This document shows, piece by piece, positions 29,572 to 38,742 of a stretch of DNA of 64,000 nt. Below the pieces are notes generated by a model. The model was not told the DNA's origin. It did not search any database and was given only the letters and a program-made list of their open reading frames with translations. Position 1 is the first letter of the stretch; each line of letters begins with the position of its first letter. Both the position numbers and the translations under genes were made by a program. The stretch is taken from the NCBI GenBank assembly GCA_902521315.1, contig CABYRH010000002.1, forward strand, positions 20,076-84,075, in the 5' to 3' direction. Source of the DNA: an uncultured Alphaproteobacteria bacterium (GTDB lineage: Bacteria; Pseudomonadota; Alphaproteobacteria; HIMB59; GCA-002718135).

Positions 29572-30084
29572 ATGCAAAAACTAAAAGTATTTTTAGTCTT
29601 AACTGGCTATCAACTTACCTGGTTAGCCTGTGTATTTGGTGAAACAAAATTTTCTAATTCTATGTTGGGCATTTGGGTTGGAATTATTTTCTTACTAACG
29701 TATTTTTATTTTAATCATAATAAACAAAAATTTATTAAGATTTCACTTTTGATTTCAGTTCCAGGATATTTTTTTGATAGTTTATTAGTTTATTTCCAAA
29801 TTTACGATTTTGAAACTATTGCTAAATTTGGCAATTTGCCATTATGGATGATTGTTTTATGGTTCAGTTTTAGTACTCTTTTTGATGAAATTCTTACTTT
29901 TTTTAAAAGTTATAAAATTTTAGGAATTATTTTAAGTGGAGTTTTAGGACCTTTAACCTATTATCTTGGTGAGCCTATCGGAGTTATAAAAATATATAAC
30001 TTTCAGATTTTTATTATTTCAATGGTATTATTTTGGATGATCTTGATGTTCTATTATCTAAATTACGTTATAAAAAATGATTAA
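29572..30084 (+). CDS. DUF2878-like small integral membrane protein
   Basis: 170 aa with about 5 TM helices. It is the last gene of the photolyase-CFA cluster, where a DUF2878 protein is typically found. The assignment rests on context and topology. Confidence 0.55.
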   Translation: MQKLKVFLVLTGYQLTWLACVFGETKFSNSMLGIWVGIIFLLTYFYFNHNKQKFIKISLLISVPGYFFDSLLVYFQIYDFETIAKFGNLPLWMIVLWFSFSTLFDEILTFFKSYKILGIILSGVLGPLTYYLGEPIGVIKIYNFQIFIISMVLFWMILMFYYLNYVIKND

Positions 30085-30623
30085 TTTTCTTGATCTACTT
30101 TTTTTGTTCTAGTTCTATTTAAAGTTCTTTCGAGATCCTTATAAGTACATAAACCAACATCCATTGGACTCTTTGCCTCAAGAACTGCTTCTCTGTATGT
30201 ACCATTTCTTATAGCCTCTACTGTATTTTTTGTTGAACCGGTAAGTTTTGCAATTTGAGAACTACTTAATTCAGTTGGATATCTTTTTATAAGCCACAAA
30301 ATAGCATATGGCTTTTCTTGTCTTAAAGAAAGAGGTGTGTATTTAGAATCTTTTTTTCTTGGTGGTAAATCTTCAATTACATCAGACTTAATAAGACTCA
30401 AACGAGCTGCATTATCTTTTTCACATCTTTCAATTTCTTCTTTTGTTAATTGATTATTATCAATTGGATCATAACCTCTCATACCGACAGCAACTTCTCC
30501 ATCAGCTATTCCTTGAACCTCTAATTCATGTAATCCACAGAATTCAGCTATTTGATCAAACGTTAAAGCTGTATTTTCAACTAACCATATCGCTGTTGCT
30601 TTAGGCATTAAAGGATATTTCAT
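30081..30623 (-). CDS. DUF1013 protein (alphaproteobacterial TrcR-like cell-cycle regulator family)
   Basis: MKYPLMPKATAIWLVENTALTFDQIAEFCGLHELEVQGIADGEVA is the conserved DUF1013 N-terminus. The track ORF begins at a TTG (30647). The ATG at 30623 matches the family start. Confidence 0.8.
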   Translation of the reverse strand: MKYPLMPKATAIWLVENTALTFDQIAEFCGLHELEVQGIADGEVAVGMRGYDPIDNNQLTKEEIERCEKDNAARLSLIKSDVIEDLPPRKKDSKYTPLSLRQEKPYAILWLIKRYPTELSSSQIAKLTGSTKNTVEAIRNGTYREAVLEAKSPMDVGLCTYKDLERTLNRTRTKKVDQEN

Positions 30624-30667
30624 AATTGGCTCATATAATATAATCAAATAATAATATATAACAAAAT

Positions 30668-30856
30668 ATGACTATGACAGATTTTTTTGAAGTTGATGAA
30701 AAACAAAAGACAGTTAAAATATTAAATTTGGATGATTTCAGTGTTGAGGATTTGCAAAATTATATTTCTGAACTTCAAACTGAAATACTAAGAGTTCAAG
30801 GTGAGATAAAAAAGAAGGAAAATTTAAAACTTAATGCTGAAAAGTTTTTTAAATAA
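30668..30856 (+). CDS. DUF1192 small coiled-coil protein
   Basis: 62 aa. DDFSVEDLQNYISELQTEILRVQGEIKKK is the typical DUF1192 pattern. It is divergent from the DUF1013 gene, as in many alphaproteobacteria. Confidence 0.7.
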   Translation: MTMTDFFEVDEKQKTVKILNLDDFSVEDLQNYISELQTEILRVQGEIKKKENLKLNAEKFFK

Positions 30857-31084
30857 TTATTTATTAATTTTAAGACCTTTAAATCTTTTTTGGAATCTAG
30901 CTACCTGTCCTTCAGATTCATTAAGACCAGCCTTACCACCGGTCCATGCTGGGTGAGATTTAGAATCAATTTCTAATTTAAGAGTATCACCTTCTTTACC
31001 CCAAGTAGATCTAGTTTTAAAAGTAGATCCATCAGTCATAACAACGTTTATTTCATGATATTTAGGATGTATATCTTTTTTCAT
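30857..31084 (-). CDS. rpmE: 50S ribosomal protein L31
   Basis: 75 aa. [50 protein letters not shown] is a near-consensus alphaproteobacterial L31. Confidence 0.95.
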   Translation of the reverse strand: MKKDIHPKYHEINVVMTDGSTFKTRSTWGKEGDTLKLEIDSKSHPAWTGGKAGLNESEGQVARFQKRFKGLKINK

Positions 31085-31108
31085 GCCTGCCTTATATTTA
31101 TATAGATT

Positions 31109-31885
31109 TCAAAGTAAAGTAAGTTTTTTAACTAATTCATTATGAATTTTATTATTTGAAGCAACTAAATCACGAGAATTTATTTCCCATGTATTCCCAT
31201 CTATTTTAGAAATTTTCCCCCCAGCTTCTTTAACTAAAAGAATGCCTGTTGAAACATCCCATAAATTTAGATCTTTTTCCCAAAAACCATCTAATTTACC
31301 AGAGGCAACATAAGCAAGATCAAGGCCTGCAGAACCAAGCCTTCTTATTCCTGCAGATGATTTTAGGATTTCATCAATCTCACTTAAATAGTTTTTATAA
31401 ATTCTCTTTCCAAACGGAAGCCCGGTGCCTATCAAGCAATCTGAAAAAATTTGCCTGTTTGACACTCTAAGTCTACTATTATTACACCACGAACCTTTAC
31501 CCTTAGAACTCCAAAAAAATTCGTTTAAAATTGGATTATAAATCACACCGTCTGTGATTTCATCATTTGTCATTTTGGCAACGATTATTCCAACATGAGG
31601 TATTCCATGAATAAAATTAGATGTTCCATCAATGGGATCAATAATAATGGTGTTTTCATCACCCTTTATTTCACCAGTTTCTTCAGTTATGTAAGTATAA
31701 TCTGGATAATAATATTTTAGAGTTTCTAAAAGTGTTTTTTCTACTTTAATATCTGCATTTGTTACAAAATCTCCAACTGATTTAGATTGTATTTGTAAAT
31801 TTTCTAATTCTCCAAAATCTCTTAATAATATTTTACCAGCTTTTTTTACTGCCTTTTCAAAGATATTAATTACAGCTGGCTGCAT
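31109..31885 (-). CDS. suhB: inositol monophosphatase family protein (SuhB-like)
   Basis: 258 aa. Motifs ITEETG, IIDPIDGTSNFIHG and WDVSTGILLVKEAGG. Confidence 0.88.
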   Translation of the reverse strand: MQPAVINIFEKAVKKAGKILLRDFGELENLQIQSKSVGDFVTNADIKVEKTLLETLKYYYPDYTYITEETGEIKGDENTIIIDPIDGTSNFIHGIPHVGIIVAKMTNDEITDGVIYNPILNEFFWSSKGKGSWCNNSRLRVSNRQIFSDCLIGTGLPFGKRIYKNYLSEIDEILKSSAGIRRLGSAGLDLAYVASGKLDGFWEKDLNLWDVSTGILLVKEAGGKISKIDGNTWEINSRDLVASNNKIHNELVKKLTLL

Positions 31886-32454
31886 TAATTTTTTGATTTT
31901 TCGATATAACTACCGTCAATTGTACTTATTACTATTTTATCATTAACTGCAATAAATTGCGGTACAGATGTTTTAATATTCTTTTCTAAAGTAGCTGGTT
32001 TATATGATGAAGCAGCTGTTTGACCTTTTACAACACCTTCAGTTTCTATAACAGTTAATTCTACAGTATCAGGCAAGTCAATTCCGACCGGTTTTTCATT
32101 ATAGAAATTAATAATAACATTACTATTCTCAACTAAAAATTTTGATTGATCCTCGGTTAATATGTCTGAGCCAAGTTCTATTTGTTCATAAGTTTGTTTA
32201 TCCATGAATATAAAATTATTATTATCATCATAAAGATATTGAAATTCTTTTTCATCAAGGATAGCTCTTTCTACTGTTTCTGATGATCTAAACCTACTAT
32301 TCATTTTAGTACCTTCTCTTATTTCTTTAAGTTCAGCTTGTAAGTAGGCGCCACCCTTTCCTGGTTGAGTATGTTGAGTTTTCAGAACTTTCCAAAGTTT
32401 GTTATTAATCTCTAAAATATTTCCAACTTTAATTTCATTTCCATCTATTTTCAT
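31885..32454 (-). CDS. efp: translation elongation factor P
   Basis: 189 aa. The HTQPGKGGAYLQAELK loop carries the conserved tip lysine, and the three-domain EF-P pattern is present. Confidence 0.93.
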   Translation of the reverse strand: MKIDGNEIKVGNILEINNKLWKVLKTQHTQPGKGGAYLQAELKEIREGTKMNSRFRSSETVERAILDEKEFQYLYDDNNNFIFMDKQTYEQIELGSDILTEDQSKFLVENSNVIINFYNEKPVGIDLPDTVELTVIETEGVVKGQTAASSYKPATLEKNIKTSVPQFIAVNDKIVISTIDGSYIEKSKN

Positions 32455-32849
32455 AACTTTATATTTAATTTTTTTTGTATATTTTTAATTTTTGTAAGAT
32501 CTACTACATCAAAAGTTGGATTTAATAAAACCTTATTTTTTTTAGCAATTTGATTAATTTTATTTAAGACGATTTTATTATTTTTTAATTTTAAATAATC
32601 AATATTTTCGCGAGTTAATAATATACTAAGACCTTGATCATAGCCTGAGTCGACAAAAAACTTAATATTGTGTGTCTTATAATTATTTTTAATATGGTTT
32701 ATTAATGTTCTAAGCCACTCTATCCCAAAACCTTTAATTAAAAAATATTTTATAAATATAATCGAAGTTTTGAACTTCGATTTTCGAAATTCTATTAAAC
32801 TTTCAATTTGTGTTAGTGTCGATACTGCAAAACAAATTTTTTTAGGCAC
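32451..32849 (-). CDS. hypothetical protein translationally coupled to efp
   Basis: 132-codon stop-free frame in very AT-rich DNA that exactly fills the gap-efp interval. GTG start sharing 1 nt with the gap stop (TAGTG). 4-nt overlap with the efp start. There are no internal Met codons. No family recognised. Confidence 0.55.
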   Translation of the reverse strand: MPKKICFAVSTLTQIESLIEFRKSKFKTSIIFIKYFLIKGFGIEWLRTLINHIKNNYKTHNIKFFVDSGYDQGLSILLTRENIDYLKLKNNKIVLNKINQIAKKNKVLLNPTFDVVDLTKIKNIQKKLNIKL

Positions 32850-33853
32850 TAAATATATTTTTTAATATCAACCATAGTGTCTATCATTCTATTTGAAAAT
32901 CCCCATTCATTATCATACCAAGATAAAACTCTACAGAATTTATCTTTGACAACCTGTGTTTGACTCATATCAAATACTGAACTGCTTGAATTATGATTAA
33001 AATCGATTGAAACTAGAGGCAATGAGTTTGTTGTTAGAATTCCATTTAATTTTTTAGTTTTTGAAGCTTGAAGAACTATAGAATTAATTTTTTCTGGGCT
33101 AGTTTTTTTCTTACTTACAAATGTTAGATCTATAAGTGAGACATTAGGAGTAGGTACGCGAATAGCTGTTCCATCTAGTTTACCTTTTAATTTTGGTAAG
33201 ACTAGACTCAAAGCCTTTGCTGCTCCTGTAGAAGTTGGAATCATTGACTCAGCTGCAGCCCTTGCTCTTCTAAAGTCAGAATGGGTTTGATCAACAGTTC
33301 TTTGATCACCCGTGTAACTATGAATTGTTGTCATGAAACCACTTTCAATTCCTAATTTTTCATCAAGAACCATAGCTAAAGGAGCAAGACAGTTAGTAGT
33401 ACAAGATCCGTTTGAAATTACGTTATGATTTTTTTTAATGGTATCGTTATTTACACCTTGAACAATTGTGGCATCTACATTTGAAGCTGGTGCTGAAATA
33501 ATAACTTTTTTTGCTCCTGCATTTAAATGAGAAATCGCCTTTTCTTTTGAAGTAAAAACACCACTACATTCAAGAACAACATCTACCTTGAGTGACTTCC
33601 AAGGAAGGTTATTTGGATCTCTTTCAGAATAAAAATTAATTTTATGTTTACCAATTTTTAATCCATTTTTGATTGAACTAATCTCATCTTTAAGAATACC
33701 GTGTACACTGTCATATTTAAGTAGGTGAGCACTGCTCTCAACACTTCCTAGTTCATTAATAGCTACAATATTAATATCTTTAGGATTTTTTTCTAATAAA
33801 GCTCTAAAAACAAGTTTTCCAATTCTTCCAAATCCATTTATTGCAACTTTCAT
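32849..33853 (-). CDS. gap: glyceraldehyde-3-phosphate dehydrogenase
   Basis: 334 aa. NGFGRIGK, active site SNGSCTTNCLAP, and WYDNEWGFS. Confidence 0.95.
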   Translation of the reverse strand: MKVAINGFGRIGKLVFRALLEKNPKDINIVAINELGSVESSAHLLKYDSVHGILKDEISSIKNGLKIGKHKINFYSERDPNNLPWKSLKVDVVLECSGVFTSKEKAISHLNAGAKKVIISAPASNVDATIVQGVNNDTIKKNHNVISNGSCTTNCLAPLAMVLDEKLGIESGFMTTIHSYTGDQRTVDQTHSDFRRARAAAESMIPTSTGAAKALSLVLPKLKGKLDGTAIRVPTPNVSLIDLTFVSKKKTSPEKINSIVLQASKTKKLNGILTTNSLPLVSIDFNHNSSSSVFDMSQTQVVKDKFCRVLSWYDNEWGFSNRMIDTMVDIKKYI

Positions 33854-33864
33854 ATTTCCCCTTC

Positions 33865-35841
33865 TTATAGAGTTTTAATTATTTTTTCAATTAAGTGATC
33901 ATCTGTTATCTTAAAGTGCTTATATAAATCTTTGTATGGACCACTTTCACCAAAAGTTGACATACCAACAAAATTTTCATTTTTAATATATTTTTCCCAA
34001 CCATTTATTACTCCAGCCTCAATAGCAAAAATAGGTTTATTTCCTAAAATTTCATTTTTATAACCGTCATCATTTTTCTCAAACAATTCAAATGAAGACA
34101 TGCTTACAACTCTTATCTTTAAATTATTGTTTTCAAAAAGTTTATTTGATGCAGAGAAAGCAATCTCAACTTCAGAACCAGAAGATAAAATTGTTGCATC
34201 ATATTCTTTAAAATCTTTTATTTTATAAGCACCTTTATTTACAAGATTTTCCTTTCGATTATCTTTTTGTAACATTGGTAGATTTTGTCTTGTTAAAACT
34301 AAGATTGTTGGTCCAGTATTGTTTAATGCACATTCCCATGCTTCTATAGTTTCAATAATATCACAAGGCCTAATGACTGTTAAATTTGGTATAGCTCTTA
34401 AAGAAGCAAGATGTTCAACTGGTTGATGGGTTGGCCCATCTTCTCCTAATCCTATTGAGTCATGCGTCATTACATAAATAACTGGTATATTCATAATAGC
34501 TGATAACCTAATTGAAGGTCTGCAATAATCGGTAAATACCAAAAACGTTCCTCCATATGGAATTAAACCTTTATGTAAAGCAATGCCATTCATTACTCCA
34601 GCCATTCCATGTTCTCTGATGCCGTAATGAATATAATTTCCATTAAAATTATTAGATGTAATTACATTCATATCTTTTGCCTTAGTGTTATTTGATCCAG
34701 TAAGATCAGCAGACCCACCAATAAGATTTTTTTGATAGTTTGAAATTAAATTTAGCGTTAGCTCACTCGATTTTCTTGAAGCACAATTTGTTTTGTCATT
34801 AAAATGCTCAGATTTTAATTCACTAAGTTTTTCTGGAATTTGATGATCAATTTTTTGATAAAAACTATCTTTAAAATTTTTACTTTCAATTAATTCTTTG
34901 TTTTTTGATAACCATGAATTTCTTGATTCTTCATTTCTTTTATAAAAATTTCTCCACTCACGTAATAAATTATCTGGAATTTCAAACGGCGAATAATTCC
35001 ATTCTAATTTTTTTCTTGTTAAACTAATTTCATCTTCACCAAGAGGTGAACCATGTGATGAAGCTGAACCCTCTTTGTTTGGAGAGCCAAAACCAATTTT
35101 AGTTTTACAAGATATAATCGTTGGAGCATCATTTTTTTTTGCTTGAATTATAGCTTGATCAATTTCCTCATATTTATGACCATCTATTTCAATTATATTC
35201 CAATTATAAGCTTCAAATCTTTTTTTTACATTGTCTGAAACTGAAAGATCTGTTGATCCATCTATGGAAATAGAATTATTATCGAAAAACATAATAAGCT
35301 TATTTAATTTCAAATGTCCTGCGAGACTACACGCCTCATGACTTAAACCTTCCATTAAGCATCCATCTCCAGCAAAAACATAAGTGTAATGATCGAATAA
35401 TTCTTTTCCATAATTATTTGATAATTTTTTTTCCGCTAGCGCCATTCCAACTGCATTTGCTAAACCTTGAGACAAAGGCCCAGTAGTTGTTTCTATACCT
35501 TCTGCACTTCCGTATTCTGGGTGACCTGCAGTTTTATTATGTAATTGTCTAAAATTTTTAATTTGATTTATGTCAATGTCTTTATATCCAGTTAGATACA
35601 AACAAGAATATAATAGCATTGAGCCATGCCCATTTGAAATAATTAATCTATCTCTATCAATCCACTCCGGATCATTCGGATCAAACTTTAAATGATTTTT
35701 ATAAAGAATTGTTGCGATGTCTGCCATACCCATAGGCATACCAGGATGACCAGATTTTGCTTTTTCCACTGCATCCATTGATAAAAATCTAATACAATTT
35801 GATAATTGTCTTAGATTGTTGATATTATTTAAATTATTCAA
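33865..35841 (-). CDS. tkt: transketolase
   Basis: 658 aa. GHPGMPMGMADI, GDGCLMEG, and THDSIGLGEDGPTHQPVE. Confidence 0.95.
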   Translation of the reverse strand: MNNLNNINNLRQLSNCIRFLSMDAVEKAKSGHPGMPMGMADIATILYKNHLKFDPNDPEWIDRDRLIISNGHGSMLLYSCLYLTGYKDIDINQIKNFRQLHNKTAGHPEYGSAEGIETTTGPLSQGLANAVGMALAEKKLSNNYGKELFDHYTYVFAGDGCLMEGLSHEACSLAGHLKLNKLIMFFDNNSISIDGSTDLSVSDNVKKRFEAYNWNIIEIDGHKYEEIDQAIIQAKKNDAPTIISCKTKIGFGSPNKEGSASSHGSPLGEDEISLTRKKLEWNYSPFEIPDNLLREWRNFYKRNEESRNSWLSKNKELIESKNFKDSFYQKIDHQIPEKLSELKSEHFNDKTNCASRKSSELTLNLISNYQKNLIGGSADLTGSNNTKAKDMNVITSNNFNGNYIHYGIREHGMAGVMNGIALHKGLIPYGGTFLVFTDYCRPSIRLSAIMNIPVIYVMTHDSIGLGEDGPTHQPVEHLASLRAIPNLTVIRPCDIIETIEAWECALNNTGPTILVLTRQNLPMLQKDNRKENLVNKGAYKIKDFKEYDATILSSGSEVEIAFSASNKLFENNNLKIRVVSMSSFELFEKNDDGYKNEILGNKPIFAIEAGVINGWEKYIKNENFVGMSTFGESGPYKDLYKHFKITDDHLIEKIIKTL

Positions 35842-35926
35842 ATACTTACCTTTATGGTTGATACAAAATTATTTAATATGGGTTCATTACAGTGACAATT
35901 ATAAAATTACAAACTATAAAATCATA

Positions 35927-36115
35927 ATGGAAATACAAAAAAAATTTAAGGTTCTAAGCGAAAACTTAATTAATCTAAGATCAGCTTTAGAAGATTTTAA
36001 GGATCATCATATTTCTAAGAAAGAAAAAATTAAAAATCTTGAAAATGAAATTAAAAATTTACGAAAACAAATGTCTGAGTATATTGATGAATTGGAGCTT
36101 CTAATTAAGAAATAA
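35927..36115 (+). CDS. small coiled-coil protein upstream of zapA (DUF4164-like)
   Basis: The track ORF 35816..36115 starts at a TTG inside tkt. The ATG at 35927 gives a 62-aa heptad-rich protein (MEIQKKFKVLSENL...). Alphaproteobacteria commonly have such a gene directly before zapA. Confidence 0.55.
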   Translation: MEIQKKFKVLSENLINLRSALEDFKDHHISKKEKIKNLENEIKNLRKQMSEYIDELELLIKK

Positions 36116-36117
36116 CC

Positions 36118-36537
36118 ATGCCTTTTTATAAGACAAAAATTTTAAATAGAGAAATATCATTAGAATATGAAAAAAAAGATGAAAAAAAAATAATAGATTC
36201 AATAAATTTAATTAATGAAAAAATTGATAATAAATTACAAAATCCAAAATATTCTAATGGAAAAATAAGTGATACTATATTATTATCACTTCTCTCTATT
36301 GAGCTTCAAGCAGAGCTATCAGATAAATTAAATATAGAAAGAAGTTCAGAAGTAAACGATACCAAGAAACAAGAATATCTAAAGAACAATTTAGAACTTA
36401 AAGACAAAATACTAAAACTACAAAATGAAAAAAAAATTTTAGAAGATGAAAAATTGAAATTAGATCAAGAATTTGATGAAATAAATAAAAAGGTAGAAGG
36501 TTTAATTGATATAATTAAGAATTCTTATTATGAATAA
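36118..36537 (+). CDS. zapA: cell division protein ZapA-like
   Basis: 139 aa. ILNREISLEYEKKDEKKIIDSINLINEKI resembles the ZapA N-domain and is followed by a coiled-coil tail. It occupies the conserved position upstream of 5-formyl-THF cyclo-ligase. Confidence 0.6.
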   Translation: MPFYKTKILNREISLEYEKKDEKKIIDSINLINEKIDNKLQNPKYSNGKISDTILLSLLSIELQAELSDKLNIERSSEVNDTKKQEYLKNNLELKDKILKLQNEKKILEDEKLKLDQEFDEINKKVEGLIDIIKNSYYE

Positions 36538-37111
36538 TATTAAAGATGAAAAATCAATTATCAGAAAAAAACAAAAAATTATAAGAGATAAGATTTTTAA
36601 TAATAAACCATCTCATTTTGCTTTATCTTTGTTTAATGAGCTTTTTGAAAAAATTAACTTTCAAGAAATTAATATAGTTTCTAGTTTTATTTCTATAAAT
36701 TCTGAGATAAATACAAAAGAGCTTAACAATCTTATCTTTATTAAAAATAAAATTTTATGTCTCCCTGTAATTGAAAAAAAAAATAGTCATTTAATCTTTA
36801 AGCAATTTAAGAGTGAAGAGAATTTTGTAAAAGGGCATATGAATATATCAGAGCCTCAAAATAAAAATAAAATTTTAAATCCTGAATTAATTTTTGTACC
36901 TTGTTTAGCTTTTGATAAGAAGGGAAATAGATTAGGTTATGGTGGAGGTTATTATGACAGGACATTTGCTTATTTGAATAAAATTAACCATAGATTCATC
37001 TCTGTAGCCTATGCATATGAAGAACAAAAGTTAGATTACATACCCATAGACAAATTTGATTTTAAAGTGGATTATGTTATTACTGAAAAAAATTTATATA
37101 GCTTTCAATGA
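36530..37111 (+). CDS. 5-formyltetrahydrofolate cyclo-ligase
   Basis: 193 aa. IRKKQKIIRD start, PCLAFDKKGNRLGYGGGYYDR motif, and D.K.DYVITE at the C-terminus. Confidence 0.88.
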   Translation: MNNIKDEKSIIRKKQKIIRDKIFNNKPSHFALSLFNELFEKINFQEINIVSSFISINSEINTKELNNLIFIKNKILCLPVIEKKNSHLIFKQFKSEENFVKGHMNISEPQNKNKILNPELIFVPCLAFDKKGNRLGYGGGYYDRTFAYLNKINHRFISVAYAYEEQKLDYIPIDKFDFKVDYVITEKNLYSFQ

Positions 37112-37899
37112 AAATTCTTTTTATAGGTGATATCGTCGGAAAGGCGTCACGAAAAAAAATTAAAGAAATTATACCAACAATCAAATCTAAATACAGTACA
37201 GACATGATTATTGCGAACGGTGAGAATGCTACTTCTGGTTATGGACTTTCAAAAAAAGATGCAGAAGAATTATTTTCTAGCGGATTGGATCTACTTACAC
37301 TTGGGAATCATGCATGGGATCAAAGAGATATGCTATCATATATTGAAGAAAATCCAAAAATTATAAGAGCTTTGAATTACCCTGACGGTGTTCCAGGAAA
37401 AGGGTATTATAAGTTTGAACTTTTAAATGGAAAAAAAATTATTGTAGTACAAGTAATGCTTAGATTATTTATGAATTTATCATTAGATGATCCTTTTAAA
37501 AGCATAATTGAATTTCTTAAAAAAGAAAAATTAGGTAGTACATGCGATGCAATAATTATTGATATGCATGGTGAAGCAACTTCTGAAAAAAAAGCATTTG
37601 GATATTACGTTGATGGAAAAGTTTCGGCAGTTTTAGGAACACATACTCATGTGCCAACTGCAGACTGTGCTATTTTACCTAAAGGGACAGCTTATCAAAC
37701 AGATGTTGGAATGTCAGGTGATTACAATTCAATAATTGGTTTCGATATAATTAATCCCATCCATGGATTTGTTAAGGGTTATAGGGCTGAAGGTAGATTT
37801 ACACCTGCTACTGAAAATGTAACCGTATGCGGGGCTTTAATAGATATTGATACTAATACAGGTTTAGCTAAAAATATCACTCCAATACAAGAGACATAA
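37108..37899 (+). CDS. YmdB-like metallophosphoesterase (TIGR00282 family)
   Basis: 263 aa. MKILFIGDIVGK, ANGENATSGYGL, LGNHAWDQ, DMHGEATSEK, GTHTHVPTAD, and TDVGMSGDY. Confidence 0.88.
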   Translation: MKILFIGDIVGKASRKKIKEIIPTIKSKYSTDMIIANGENATSGYGLSKKDAEELFSSGLDLLTLGNHAWDQRDMLSYIEENPKIIRALNYPDGVPGKGYYKFELLNGKKIIVVQVMLRLFMNLSLDDPFKSIIEFLKKEKLGSTCDAIIIDMHGEATSEKKAFGYYVDGKVSAVLGTHTHVPTADCAILPKGTAYQTDVGMSGDYNSIIGFDIINPIHGFVKGYRAEGRFTPATENVTVCGALIDIDTNTGLAKNITPIQET

Positions 37900-37978
37900 T
37901 TTACATATATTGGACACATTTATCTAATATTTTATATCTTTACTAACATCGGATTAAATATTTATAAATCTACTCGTA

Positions 37979-38728
37979 ATGGCAGGGCACTCGAAATTTA
38001 AAAATATTATGCATCGTAAAGGTGCTCAAGATAAAAAAAGAGCAAAAGTCTTCTCAAGACTTGGAAGAGAAATTTCTGTTGCTGTCAAAGTTGGAGGTGA
38101 AGATATTGAAAGTAATATCAGATTAAGATCTGCAATTGCTTCAGCCAAGTCTCTAAATATGCCAAAAGATAATATTGAAAGAGCAATTAAAAAAGGCCAA
38201 GGGAATGACCCTGATAGTAATTATGAAGAAGTAAGATATGAGGGGTATGGTCCTGAAGGTATTGCAATAATAGTTGAGGCACTTACAAATAATAAAAATA
38301 GAACGGCTGCAGAGATTAGGTCTTCTTTTAGTAAATATGGAGGTAATTTGGGTGAAACAGGAAGCGTTAGTTTTGGTTTTGACAGATTTGGAAATATAAC
38401 TCTTGATAAAAACTTAGTAAAAGAAGATCAACTTCTAGAATTTCTAATTGAAAATAATAGTGAAGATTATGAAATTAATAATACAGAATATTCAATATAC
38501 TGTGATCAAAATGATTTGCATGAACTTAATGATAAATTAATTAAACAGTATGGTCAGACTAACTCTGCAAATTTAATCTGGAAAAGTAAAAACAATATAA
38601 ATATTGGAAAAGATACAGCAGACAAACTATTTAAATTACTTGAAGTTTTAGAAGACAATGACGACGTTCAAGTTGTATCATCAAATTTTGAAGTTGATGA
38701 TAATGTTCTATCTTCACTCACAGCCTAA
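37979..38728 (+). CDS. yebC: YebC/PmpR family DNA-binding regulator
   Basis: 249 aa. MAGHSKFKNIMHRKGAQDKKRAKVFSRLGREI and YEGYGPEGIAIIVEALTNNKNRTAAEIR are near-consensus. Confidence 0.95.
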   Translation: MAGHSKFKNIMHRKGAQDKKRAKVFSRLGREISVAVKVGGEDIESNIRLRSAIASAKSLNMPKDNIERAIKKGQGNDPDSNYEEVRYEGYGPEGIAIIVEALTNNKNRTAAEIRSSFSKYGGNLGETGSVSFGFDRFGNITLDKNLVKEDQLLEFLIENNSEDYEINNTEYSIYCDQNDLHELNDKLIKQYGQTNSANLIWKSKNNINIGKDTADKLFKLLEVLEDNDDVQVVSSNFEVDDNVLSSLTA

Positions 38729-38742
38729 TGAAAGGAATATAG

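Noticed and set aside
35816-35926. N-terminal extension of the small coiled-coil ORF (TTG start at 35816), which would overlap the tkt start by 26 nt.
   Set aside because: The extension is an unconvincing L/Y/I-rich peptide from a TTG start. The ATG at 35927 gives a clean coiled-coil protein and leaves an 85-nt divergent promoter region.
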